In this document: piece by piece, positions 18,448 through 27,398 of the stretch | Position numbering within the stretch: position 1 is the first letter of the stretch | Layout of the letters: each line of letters begins with the position of its first letter | Source of the DNA: Oceanispirochaeta sp. | Lineage (GTDB): Bacteria; Spirochaetota; Spirochaetia; DSM-2461 | Assembly: GCA_963663385.2 (NCBI GenBank) | Contig: CAXXXD010000004.1 | Location: forward strand, 64,001-128,000 | Length of the DNA stretch: 64,000 nucleotides | Reading direction: 5' to 3' | Made by a program: the position numbers and the translations under genes | Notes under the pieces: model-generated | The model's input: only the letters and a program-made list of their open reading frames with translations | Told to the model about the DNA's origin: nothing | The model's database searches: none

Positions 18448-18617
18448 GGTGTTTGTAACAAGTCATTCCCGTCTAGAGTCAGTTTTATAGAGGCGGCGTA
18501 TCTTTTTTTTAATATTTGACCTTTTTTAAAAAAACGCCCTCTCCAGTTTCTGTCAGTCGACCGGGTCTTAAAAAATGACTGTAGCGGGAAGCCCGGATCA
18601 GCCTGTTAAATATAACC

Positions 18618-19541
18618 ATGATTAAACCTATTAAGTTACAGTATCAGCTGAAACAGGCCGGAAGCCACTGGCAGCTTTATCTGATCTTCCTGTTGCCTTT
18701 CGTGTATTTTGTTCTGTTTAAGTATGTTCCCATGTATGGTCTGGTCCTGGCTTTTAAGAAGTACAGAGTGTCCAAAGGAATTCTGGGGAGCCCCTGGGTC
18801 GGACTGGACCATTTTGTACGGTTCATCCAATCACCTACAAGCCTGCAGGTGATGTATAACACCTTCATCCTGAGCCTGTATACGATTGCCGCGTCCTTTC
18901 CTCTGTCTGTTATTCTGGCGGTCGCACTGAACGAGACCAGAAATAAAACCTGGAAAAAGTCCGTTCAAATGGTTACCTACGCCCCGTATTTTATTTCAAC
19001 AGTCGTTATGGTCGCCATTCTGTTTCAGCTTCTGGATCCCCGGATCGGTATCATTAACCGCTTTCTGGAACTGACGGGGCTGGAGACAGTCAATTTTATG
19101 GGGGAAGCCACCTGGTTCCGTCACATCTACGTCTGGTCCGGAGTCTGGCAGACCACAGGGTACAATGCCATTATCTACCTGGCCGCTCTGACTTCCATCA
19201 GTCCGGAACTGTATGAAGCGGCGATTGTCGACGGGGCGAATAAAGTTCAGAAAATCCGGCATATCGATATACCCGGGATTACCCCCACCATCGTTATCAT
19301 GCTGATCCTCAATATGGGGTATGTTATGAGCGTAGGATTCGAAAAATCCTATCTGATGCAGAATCCTCTGAACCTGGAAACTGCTGAAATCATGTCCACT
19401 TATGTGTACCGGGTGGGACTCCTCAATACGGATTACAGTTTTTCCACTGCGATCGGTCTGATCAATTCCCTTATCAATCTGATTCTTATTCTGGGATTCA
19501 ATTCAATCGCCCGGAAAATGGGAGACACCAGCTTATGGTAA
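18618..19541 (+). CDS. Carbohydrate ABC transporter permease (LplB/YteP type)
   Basis: PMYGLVLAFK, YAPYFISTVV, IIYLAALTSISPELYEAAIVDGA (EAA loop). Confidence 0.95.
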   Translation: MIKPIKLQYQLKQAGSHWQLYLIFLLPFVYFVLFKYVPMYGLVLAFKKYRVSKGILGSPWVGLDHFVRFIQSPTSLQVMYNTFILSLYTIAASFPLSVILAVALNETRNKTWKKSVQMVTYAPYFISTVVMVAILFQLLDPRIGIINRFLELTGLETVNFMGEATWFRHIYVWSGVWQTTGYNAIIYLAALTSISPELYEAAIVDGANKVQKIRHIDIPGITPTIVIMLILNMGYVMSVGFEKSYLMQNPLNLETAEIMSTYVYRVGLLNTDYSFSTAIGLINSLINLILILGFNSIARKMGDTSLW

Positions 19542-20431
19542 AACTGAAAAAAAAGCAGCTGAAAGCCGACCGGACATTCGATTTTGTCAATAATCTGTTT
19601 CTGGGATTCTGTTTCCTGGTTGTGGCGTATCCTCTGATCTATATCATCAGTGCCTCCTTCAGCAATGCCCAGGCTGTTATTTCCCGGAAGGTTTGGCTGT
19701 GGCCTGTTGATTTTGACCTTGAGGCCTACAGGGCCATCTTCAAGAATAAGCAGATTGGAGCAGGATATTTGAACTCCTTTTTCTATGTGGTCCTCGGGAC
19801 TTCCCTGAGTGTGTTCCTCACTATCCTTGCGGCCTATCCTCTTTCGAGAAAGGAGTTTATAGGACGGAATGTTTTCATGGGGTTCATTCTTTTCACCATG
19901 CTCTTCTCCGGCGGTCTTATTCCCCTGTATCTGCTGGTTAAAAATCTGGGACTCCGGGATACACGCTGGGCCATGGTGCTGCCCAATGCCATAGGAGTCT
20001 GGAACGTCATTGTCGCCAGGACTTTCCTCCAGAATACCATCGGTGACGAGCTTTATGACGCCGCTCAGATCGACGGGTGCAATGACCTGCGGTTTCTGTT
20101 TCAGATGGTCTTTCCCCTGTCGGGTTCCATCATTGCCGTTATGACTCTGTTCTATGCCGTGTGGATCTGGAATTCCTACTTCGATGCCCTGATCTATCTG
20201 GATTCCCAGAAACTCTTTCCCCTCCAGATCGTTCTCAGGAATATCCTGATTATGAATCAGGTGGATATTTCCATGATGAACGATATAGAGGCTTTGGCAC
20301 GGAAGCAGGGAATGGCGGAAATCATCAAATATGCGCTGATTGTGGTGGCGAGTATTCCGCTTTTAACTATCTATCCTTTTGTTCAGAAGTACTTCATAAA
20401 AGGTGTGATGGTGGGATCGGTAAAAGGCTGA
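19535..20431 (+). CDS. Carbohydrate ABC transporter permease (LplC/YtcP type)
   Basis: AAYPLSRK, TMLFSGGLIPLY, ELYDAAQIDG, YPFVQKYFIKGVMVGSVKG. Confidence 0.95.
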   Translation: MVKLKKKQLKADRTFDFVNNLFLGFCFLVVAYPLIYIISASFSNAQAVISRKVWLWPVDFDLEAYRAIFKNKQIGAGYLNSFFYVVLGTSLSVFLTILAAYPLSRKEFIGRNVFMGFILFTMLFSGGLIPLYLLVKNLGLRDTRWAMVLPNAIGVWNVIVARTFLQNTIGDELYDAAQIDGCNDLRFLFQMVFPLSGSIIAVMTLFYAVWIWNSYFDALIYLDSQKLFPLQIVLRNILIMNQVDISMMNDIEALARKQGMAEIIKYALIVVASIPLLTIYPFVQKYFIKGVMVGSVKG

Positions 20432-20486
20432 TTGGACTCCTATGGAGTATCAGAATAAAAGGGGGATTTCCCCAAGGAGTGTAAAT

Positions 20487-22157
20487 ATGAAAAGGATTTT
20501 ATTCGGAGTTCTGCTGCTGGCCTGCGCAATCGCGGCCTATGCGGGGGGACAGCAGGAGACTGTGACCGCTGAAGTGGCTTACACGGAACCGGGAGTCTTC
20601 CCTATTACAGAGACGCCGGTCGAGCTGACTTTCATGGTCTCCCAGGCCACCTGTGTGGAAGATTACAACAGTAATGAATTCTCAGGCTACATGGAAGAGA
20701 TGACCAATGTGAAGATCAACTGGTCCATGGTTCCCGAACAGTCGCGGAAAGAAAAACTCAGTCTTGTTCTGGCCAGCGGGGACTATCCCGATGTTTTCTT
20801 CGGTTTTGATATGTCCGTAGACCAGGAAACGACCTACGGTATGGAGGAAGGGCTGCTGCTGCCTCTGAACAGTTATATTGATTCGGTTATGCCTAATCTG
20901 CAGAAAGTTTTTAAGGATAACCCCGAATACAGGGGCCTGATCACCAGCACCGACGGCAATATCTACTCTCTGCCCCAGCTGCAGGAGTGCTACCACTGCG
21001 GGAATTCACAGAAAATGTGGATCTATTATCCTTTTGTCGAAGCATTGGGTCTGGATATCCCCGAAACTACAGAAGAGTTCTATGACTTTCTTGTTGCTCT
21101 GAGAGATAACGACCCCAACGGCAACGGCAAAGCCGACGAAATCCCTCTGGCAGGATCTATCCGGGGCTGGAGAGATCAGGTGGAGATGTTTCTGATCAAC
21201 TCATTCCTGTATTGCGATCTGGATACCAATATCGAGGCTGATGCGGAGCAGAATGTCGGTTTCTTTCTGGATAAAGGCCGGATCGATACCAGCCTCAACA
21301 AGGATGCCTACCGGGATGCTCTGCGTTATCTGCATCGCCTGTATGAGGAAGGGCTGCTGTACGAAGGTTCCTTTTCTCAGGATAGTGCACAGCTGACTCA
21401 GCTTGTGGAAAGTTCAGAGGAGCCCACAATCGGATTCGCCGCAGGCGGATGGAGAGGTATGTTTTCTTCCTACGATAGCGAACGGTTCCGGAATTTCCGG
21501 GCGATTGCTCCTCTGGAGGGACCAAAGGGCGAGCGGAATGCGGTAAACTATCTTCAGTCTCCTGCAATCGGTAACTTTGTTGTCTCTTCGTCAACGAAAC
21601 ATCCTGAAGCGGCTCTCCGCTGGGCGGATTATCTCTACTCGACCGAAGGGACTCTCCAGCTGCGCCATGGATTCGAGGGGCAGGCCTGGCGATGGGCAGA
21701 CAAGGGCGAGCTGGGTCTGGACGGTAATCCCGCAATCTGGGACACCCTTATCCCCTGGAACGACAAGGATCCCCAGAATGTCACCTATAAGGGAGGCGGT
21801 GTTTTTGCAGAAAATAATGCGTTCCGTCTGGGCAAGGCCGTGAAGGGCGGTGTGGATTATTACAGCGGCGATAACGTCGAAAAACTTCTGTATGATGCCA
21901 CTCTGAATCTCTACAAGCCCTATGCCGACAACTCAAAGGAAATCCCCACCCTGAGGTATACGGCGGAAGAGCAGGCTGATTATGCAACCATGAAGTCCGA
22001 ATACGCAAAATTTGTCCGTCAGGCTTCGGTCAAGTTTATTGTCGGCGTTATGGATATCGAGGCTGACTGGGATCAGTACCTGAAAGATCTGGAAAAGCTG
22101 GGACTCAGCGATCTGATTGTTCTCAGGCAGACTGCCTACGATCGTCAGTTTAAATAA
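20487..22157 (+). CDS. ABC transporter oligosaccharide-binding protein (LplA type)
   Basis: RBS AAGGAG before ATG 20487; signal MKRILFGVLLLACAIAAYA-GGQQE; LASGDYPD, DGNIYSLP, DPNGNGKADEIP. Confidence 0.92.
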   Translation: MKRILFGVLLLACAIAAYAGGQQETVTAEVAYTEPGVFPITETPVELTFMVSQATCVEDYNSNEFSGYMEEMTNVKINWSMVPEQSRKEKLSLVLASGDYPDVFFGFDMSVDQETTYGMEEGLLLPLNSYIDSVMPNLQKVFKDNPEYRGLITSTDGNIYSLPQLQECYHCGNSQKMWIYYPFVEALGLDIPETTEEFYDFLVALRDNDPNGNGKADEIPLAGSIRGWRDQVEMFLINSFLYCDLDTNIEADAEQNVGFFLDKGRIDTSLNKDAYRDALRYLHRLYEEGLLYEGSFSQDSAQLTQLVESSEEPTIGFAAGGWRGMFSSYDSERFRNFRAIAPLEGPKGERNAVNYLQSPAIGNFVVSSSTKHPEAALRWADYLYSTEGTLQLRHGFEGQAWRWADKGELGLDGNPAIWDTLIPWNDKDPQNVTYKGGGVFAENNAFRLGKAVKGGVDYYSGDNVEKLLYDATLNLYKPYADNSKEIPTLRYTAEEQADYATMKSEYAKFVRQASVKFIVGVMDIEADWDQYLKDLEKLGLSDLIVLRQTAYDRQFK

Positions 22158-22172
22158 AACTGACTGAAGGTT

Positions 22173-22199
22173 GGGCCATCTGTAAATACCGGATGGCCC
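22173..22199 (+). terminator. Stem-loop after binding-protein gene
   Basis: GGGCCATCTG-TAAATAC-CGGATGGCCC followed by TCCTTCT. Confidence 0.55.
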
Positions 22200-22232
22200 T
22201 CCTTCTGGTAATATGCTAAAATTACCGGATTT

Positions 22233-24461
22233 ATGCTGTTGAAAAGAACAACGTTCAAACACTCCAGGAACCTCCTGATCGGTTACCTTCTGCTGCTCTC
22301 ATTTTCTTTCCTGATCATATTCTTTGTTCAGAGGCATACCTATGGCGTTCTGGAAGAAAACATACGGGAGCGAAACCGGAACGCACTGGAACAGACGGGG
22401 TATCTTCTCGATCAGTATATGATCGAGGTGAAGCGTCAGTCGCTTCTGCTGATGGCGGATCCCCTGATTGACGATTTTCTGAACCTTCCGTCTCTGAAAA
22501 GAGGGGATCCGGACATTCAGACGGTTATCGACGCCTCCTCTCTGCTGAATTCCTATAAGGCGCTGAACCCTTTTATCAGTGAAGTGTATATCTATTCAGG
22601 AACCAGCAGCTATCTGCTCTCTTCCTCCAATGCCTACCTCTATCCGGAGAAAGTGTATGAAAAAGCTGTCGCCTTCGAGGGATATTCCTACAGACAGTGG
22701 CTGCACAGCATACTGAAGGAGAAACACAATAACGAATATATTCCGGCTCTTCATGCCCGGGTTAACGGTGTCTCCCTGTCAGTGATCCCCTATCTGCGCT
22801 CCCTCCCTCTGGATTACCCGTTTATCAACTCGGGAAAGATGATCCTTTTGCTCAACGAAGGCATGATCCGTACCATTCTGGAGGATCTGGCCATTGGACC
22901 ACAGGGGAGGGTATTTCTTGCGGATTACAGCGGGCAGATTCTGACCAGCGCCGGCAATCCGTCTCTTCCGGAGATCTCCCTCCTCCCCAATCTGGTAGAA
23001 GGGAAAGAGGAGGTTTCTTTTCCGGACGGTGAAGAGTATCTGTTCTTTTCATCCCGTACCGCTCAATCGGGCTGGATTCTCACCTACCTCCTGCCGCGTA
23101 AGGCGTTAAAGGATCACATCAGCCTGTTGTGGACTATATACGGTTTTATCTCGTTAATCATACTGTTCTGTACCGCCGGTTATTCCCTGTTTATTATCCT
23201 GACGGATATGAACCACTGGAAAGATATTCAGAACCTTATGGGAGGCTCCGGCAGTTATGAGGAGCTGAGGGATAAGCTTCACCAAATGAGCAACCGGGTA
23301 AACCGGGTGCTGCAGGAGGACGGTTCCGGATCATCGGATCTGGAGAGAATCTTTCTTTACCGCCTGTTCTCCGGAAACTTTATCGACAGAGAAGACCCGG
23401 TACGGATGGCCCGGAGCCTTCAGATTCCTCTGGGAGAGGGACCCTTTCAGGTTTTCTCCGTGGAACTGCGGGGACAGGATGAAATACAGATCAATGAAGA
23501 GACTGTAACGGATATGCGCTTTGCCCGTATATTCTTTCGCAAAACTCTGAATGATATTCTGGATTCCCGCTATATGATTCTTCTGGAGGACAGTCACAGT
23601 TCTTCGATTCTGGCCTGGGACTGTCCGGAAAAACTGAAGATCCTGGCAGATCGCCTGTATCTCCTGCTGGCCGGTTCTCTGCCTATGGATGTCTATTGCG
23701 GTACGGGAGATTCCCGAAGTGATCTTTTTGACGTCAGTGCTTCCTATCGTGAAAGCCGGGCCTCTCTGGACGCCCAGATCAACCAGGGCGAGCCGGGAAT
23801 CCGGAAATATTCGGAACTGTCGGAACAGGACCACTCCTACTTTTATCCCATCGATGCGGAAAACCAGCTGATCAATCTTACCCTGAATGGCGATGCCGCC
23901 CAGGCTCTGCGGATGATGGACTCCCTTCTGGCCCAGAATCTTAGAGACCGATCTCTGGATGTTGAAGCCAGAAAAGCGTTTTTTCATGCTATGGCGGGAA
24001 CTCTGAACCGCATTAAAAACCGGCTTTCCGATAATCCGGAAATTCTGGCTCTTTCGTTGAAGAGCGCTGCGGATGAAGGAGAGGTCCGACGGGTGTTCTC
24101 CGAATTCTGCCGGATTATCGGAGAATTGCGAACGAATCGGAACGAACAGCTTAAATCAGCACTCATCCGTTATCTGGATGAGCATTATCCGGACCCTGAT
24201 CTGACCCTTTTTACAATTGCCCGGGAGTTCGGCTACCGGGAAAGTCAGCTTTACTATTTTTTCAATAACAACTTCCGTATCAGCTTTGCCCAGTACCTGG
24301 AAAGGCTCAGGCTGGATGCGGCTGTCCGTTTACTGCAGGAAAATCGTTCGTATTCCATCAATGAAATTGCTCTGAAGGCGGGGTATGCCAATACACAGAC
24401 CTTCAGGAGGGCATTCAAGAAACGTATGGGAACAACCCCTTCGGATTACAGGGAAAAGTGA
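22233..24461 (+). CDS. Membrane-anchored large AraC-family regulator (YtdP/YesS-like)
   Basis: Two TM segments flank an extracytoplasmic region; YFYPIDAENQL; C-terminal AraC HTH INEIALKAGYANTQTFRRAFKKRMGTTPSDYR. Confidence 0.88.
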   Translation: MLLKRTTFKHSRNLLIGYLLLLSFSFLIIFFVQRHTYGVLEENIRERNRNALEQTGYLLDQYMIEVKRQSLLLMADPLIDDFLNLPSLKRGDPDIQTVIDASSLLNSYKALNPFISEVYIYSGTSSYLLSSSNAYLYPEKVYEKAVAFEGYSYRQWLHSILKEKHNNEYIPALHARVNGVSLSVIPYLRSLPLDYPFINSGKMILLLNEGMIRTILEDLAIGPQGRVFLADYSGQILTSAGNPSLPEISLLPNLVEGKEEVSFPDGEEYLFFSSRTAQSGWILTYLLPRKALKDHISLLWTIYGFISLIILFCTAGYSLFIILTDMNHWKDIQNLMGGSGSYEELRDKLHQMSNRVNRVLQEDGSGSSDLERIFLYRLFSGNFIDREDPVRMARSLQIPLGEGPFQVFSVELRGQDEIQINEETVTDMRFARIFFRKTLNDILDSRYMILLEDSHSSSILAWDCPEKLKILADRLYLLLAGSLPMDVYCGTGDSRSDLFDVSASYRESRASLDAQINQGEPGIRKYSELSEQDHSYFYPIDAENQLINLTLNGDAAQALRMMDSLLAQNLRDRSLDVEARKAFFHAMAGTLNRIKNRLSDNPEILALSLKSAADEGEVRRVFSEFCRIIGELRTNRNEQLKSALIRYLDEHYPDPDLTLFTIAREFGYRESQLYYFFNNNFRISFAQYLERLRLDAAVRLLQENRSYSINEIALKAGYANTQTFRRAFKKRMGTTPSDYREK

Positions 24462-24495
24462 AGACGCTTCAGGGTGGCATTATAGGGGACGGGTA

Positions 24496-25383
24496 TCAGT
24501 CTTTGCACTGCTGAAGGATCCGGCAGCTGTTGCGGTAGTCCCGGGGACTGACTCCGGACCATTTCCTGTATAGATTTGAAAAATGTACGGGGGATGTGAA
24601 GCCCAGACTCCAGGCGATATCCTTAACGGGCCTGGCTGTGGTTTTCAAAAGATCCCCGGCCTTCTCGAGTTTGATCTGAATCATGTACTGATGGGGCCCC
24701 ACCCCCATCTCTTTTTTAAATACCCTGCTCAGGTGTTCCCGGGAGACATGGACGGCTTCCGCCAGTTCGCTGACGGATAAAACATAATCTTCCCGGGAAC
24801 CGATAAAACGCAGGGTCTCTTCCAGCAAAGCTTTATCGCTTGTAGACGGTTCCGCCTGTTCCCTGCTCCTGATCAGCTGGTACAGGAGTTCCGAAGCCAA
24901 ACCTGCATTTTCCACAGAAGAAAGAGTCCGCCGCCGCGCCTCGCCGCTCCGGTAGCTTCTCAATCTGGCAATGACACCGGTTGTCCGGGGTATTCTGAAC
25001 ACATATCCGAACCGGCGGTTTATCTCACGCGCCATTTCGCAGGATGCCTCCGATTTGAGGTTGCACCAAAGAACTCTCTGGGTATTTTCTATACCCGCCG
25101 GCTGGTAGTAGCAGTAGTTCCGGTCATCGGAAGGGATAAGGAAGCCCATGCCGGGAAGAAGTTCATGGCTCTCCGTTCCCGTTTCAAAAATGCCTTTCCC
25201 CTCCAGGGTATACTGGAAGATGACGGGGGAGTCTTCACAGGAAGTCTGAAAGCGCCGGGCGTTCCAGCGGTAAAGGCTGCTGTGAATCGTGCTTTCGCAG
25301 ACATTCAGAAGTCGAGGCAGCGTTTCCAGAGGCATCAGGGTGTCGAAATACATTTCCCAATGATTGGTTACTATATCACACAT
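24496..25383 (-). CDS. AraC-family transcriptional regulator
   Basis: FQYTLEGKG cupin-like N-terminus; VSELAEAVHVSREHLSRVFKKEMG and IAWSLGFTSPVHFSNLYRKWSGVSPRDYR. Confidence 0.9.
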   Translation of the reverse strand: MCDIVTNHWEMYFDTLMPLETLPRLLNVCESTIHSSLYRWNARRFQTSCEDSPVIFQYTLEGKGIFETGTESHELLPGMGFLIPSDDRNYCYYQPAGIENTQRVLWCNLKSEASCEMAREINRRFGYVFRIPRTTGVIARLRSYRSGEARRRTLSSVENAGLASELLYQLIRSREQAEPSTSDKALLEETLRFIGSREDYVLSVSELAEAVHVSREHLSRVFKKEMGVGPHQYMIQIKLEKAGDLLKTTARPVKDIAWSLGFTSPVHFSNLYRKWSGVSPRDYRNSCRILQQCKD

Positions 25384-25487
25384 AGTAAATAAATATCATA
25401 AATTGGGGACTGGTTTCAATGATGAGGTAGTGGAATAATATACAGAGTAGTGTTTAAGCTGTATTTTCTGAACAATGAGAGGGAATC

Positions 25488-26747
25488 ATGAGTATCACAA
25501 ATAATGATGTTATCTATTTACGGGAGCTGGCAAAAAAATATCTGGAGTATGCCGGAGACAAGGTTATGGAGGAGAGAACCGGGCTCTGGTACGCCCATAA
25601 CCGTTTGGAAGGGAAAAGGCCTCTGGTTGTCATGGAGAACTGCACGTTCAATGCGGAGATGCTTCCTCCGCTTCGTTGTTCCGGTAAAGAGGCCAGGATC
25701 ATCGAAGAGGTTCTGGTTGAAGCTATAACGAATTATGAATTGATCGGTGACGACAAGGTAATATCCCCCTGTTTCCCTCTGGTAAGACCCATAGAACATA
25801 TTCCCTTCGGCGGGGTGTTACAGCGTATTTTCTCAGAAGACGACCGGGGCCGTGAGCTGGGTTATGCCGATATCCCGGTCATAACGGATCTCGTTGAGGA
25901 TGTGGAAACCCTGAAACCCTCCCGCTATTCTACGGACCAGTCAGCCTTTGAAGAGTTGAAACGGATCGTCGAGGACTGTCTTGAGGGAATTCTGCCGGTG
26001 GTTGTAAAAAACCACTCCCTGCACTGGCACATTATGCCCAGCAAATATCTGGTGGATCTGATGGGGATGGAGAGGATGATGTTTGCCATGATCGACTATC
26101 CCGAAGAGCTGCACCGGCTTTTGAATTTCATCAAGGAGGATATTCTCGCTTATCTCCGGTGGCAGGAATCCGAAGATCTTCTGACCCTGAACAACGGGAA
26201 TGATTATGCCGGTTCCGGAAGTTACGGGTTTTCTGATCAGCTGCCCCGGCGGTCCCTCTCTCCGGAGAGCTCCGTGGAAACCGGAGATCTGTGGGGGAAT
26301 ATGAATTCCCAGGAATCGGTAGGAATCTCCCCGGAAATGTACGGTGAGTTCTTTTTCCCCGTCTACCGGGAACTGGCCCGGGAGTTCGGTTATATCTATT
26401 ACGGCTGCTGTGAAGCGGTGGACGACGTGTGGGAGGCGTATCTCAGCCGCATTCCCAATCTGAAAAAGGTCTCCGTGTCACCCTGGAGCGATGTCTGGAA
26501 GATGGGAGAGTTTCTGAGGGGGGGAACGACGATCTTCTCCCGAAAACCCAGTCCCAATTTTATCGGGGTGGGCCGTGATCTGGATGAGGAAGCCTTCAGG
26601 GCCCATATTTCCGAGTCCCTGCTGGCGGCGAAAGGAACCACCATGGAGATTATCTTCAGGGATATCTATACCCTTGAGGGAAACCGGTCCAAGCCGGGCC
26701 GGGCGGTGGAGATTGTACGGGAATTGATTGATTCCCTTTGGTCCTAG
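25488..26747 (+). CDS. Hypothetical protein, URO-D/methyltransferase-like TIM-barrel superfamily
   Basis: LMGMERMMFAMIDYPEELHRLL, SQESVGISPEMYGEFFFPVYREL, YYGCCE, KKVSVSPW and RKPSP resemble URO-D-like barrel proteins. Confidence 0.65.
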   Translation: MSITNNDVIYLRELAKKYLEYAGDKVMEERTGLWYAHNRLEGKRPLVVMENCTFNAEMLPPLRCSGKEARIIEEVLVEAITNYELIGDDKVISPCFPLVRPIEHIPFGGVLQRIFSEDDRGRELGYADIPVITDLVEDVETLKPSRYSTDQSAFEELKRIVEDCLEGILPVVVKNHSLHWHIMPSKYLVDLMGMERMMFAMIDYPEELHRLLNFIKEDILAYLRWQESEDLLTLNNGNDYAGSGSYGFSDQLPRRSLSPESSVETGDLWGNMNSQESVGISPEMYGEFFFPVYRELAREFGYIYYGCCEAVDDVWEAYLSRIPNLKKVSVSPWSDVWKMGEFLRGGTTIFSRKPSPNFIGVGRDLDEEAFRAHISESLLAAKGTTMEIIFRDIYTLEGNRSKPGRAVEIVRELIDSLWS

Positions 26748-26879
26748 CCCTGGTTCGGAGTAGTAAAGAATAAACAACTGAGGACAATAGCCTTGAGTAT
26801 GTTCAAGGCTGGGTAAGGAAGAGACTATCGTTTACTGTACAGATTTAAAAGTACTTGATTACACACAAGTTCTTCTCTT

Positions 26880-27255
26880 TCATCTCAATGCATTATATGA
26901 ATCTGCCGGTGCGGTGATCCTTGCGGAAAGCGGAATCTCGGAACCGGAGAAACCGTTGGGGTATCCGGAACCGTTAAATTTTTCCTGATGACAATGAGCT
27001 ATTTCCGCGGCCATTTCCATTAAAGGACGATCCTTCAGGAAACCTAAGGTAGTATGAGGTTTCTTTATCCCGCGCTTCGGTGAGGTCCGCTATCGCCATA
27101 ATTGTCTGAAATCGAATCTCTTTTTCCTTCAGGTACCGGCTGGATATATCTATGGGGTATCCAATAATTGATGTTATTTCACCAGCCTCGTTATTAGCTG
27201 TTTTTACATACAGATGAACCCTGAGAATTTCACCGGACTTTATTCTGTTTTGTAA
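26880..27255 (-). pseudogene. Remnant of a PAS/PAC + HD-GYP (c-di-GMP phosphodiesterase) gene
   Basis: The minus strand reads RIKSGEILRVHLYVKTANNEAGEITSIIGYPIDISSR (PAC) and TIMAIADLTEARDKET (HD-GYP start). After a frameshift it reads MEMAAEIAHCHQEKFNGSGYPNGFSGSEIPLSARITAPADSYNALR-stop. The central HD segment is missing. Confidence 0.8.
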
Positions 27256-27398
27256 CTATCCAGAGTAAAATGGAGTCTATAACTATTCTGAAAAATGATA
27301 GATTAAAACATTACTTCTATGATAATAATTATTATTGATAAAATGCAGTTTGCACAAACAGGATTTATCTGACACACTTAAGGATAAAGGACGGTCAT

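Noticed and set aside
27260..27398. Sigma-28 or sigma-54 promoter upstream of the MCP pair
   Set aside because: I found no convincing TAAA-N15-GCCGATAA or TGGCAC-N5-TTGC match; the region is simply AT-rich.
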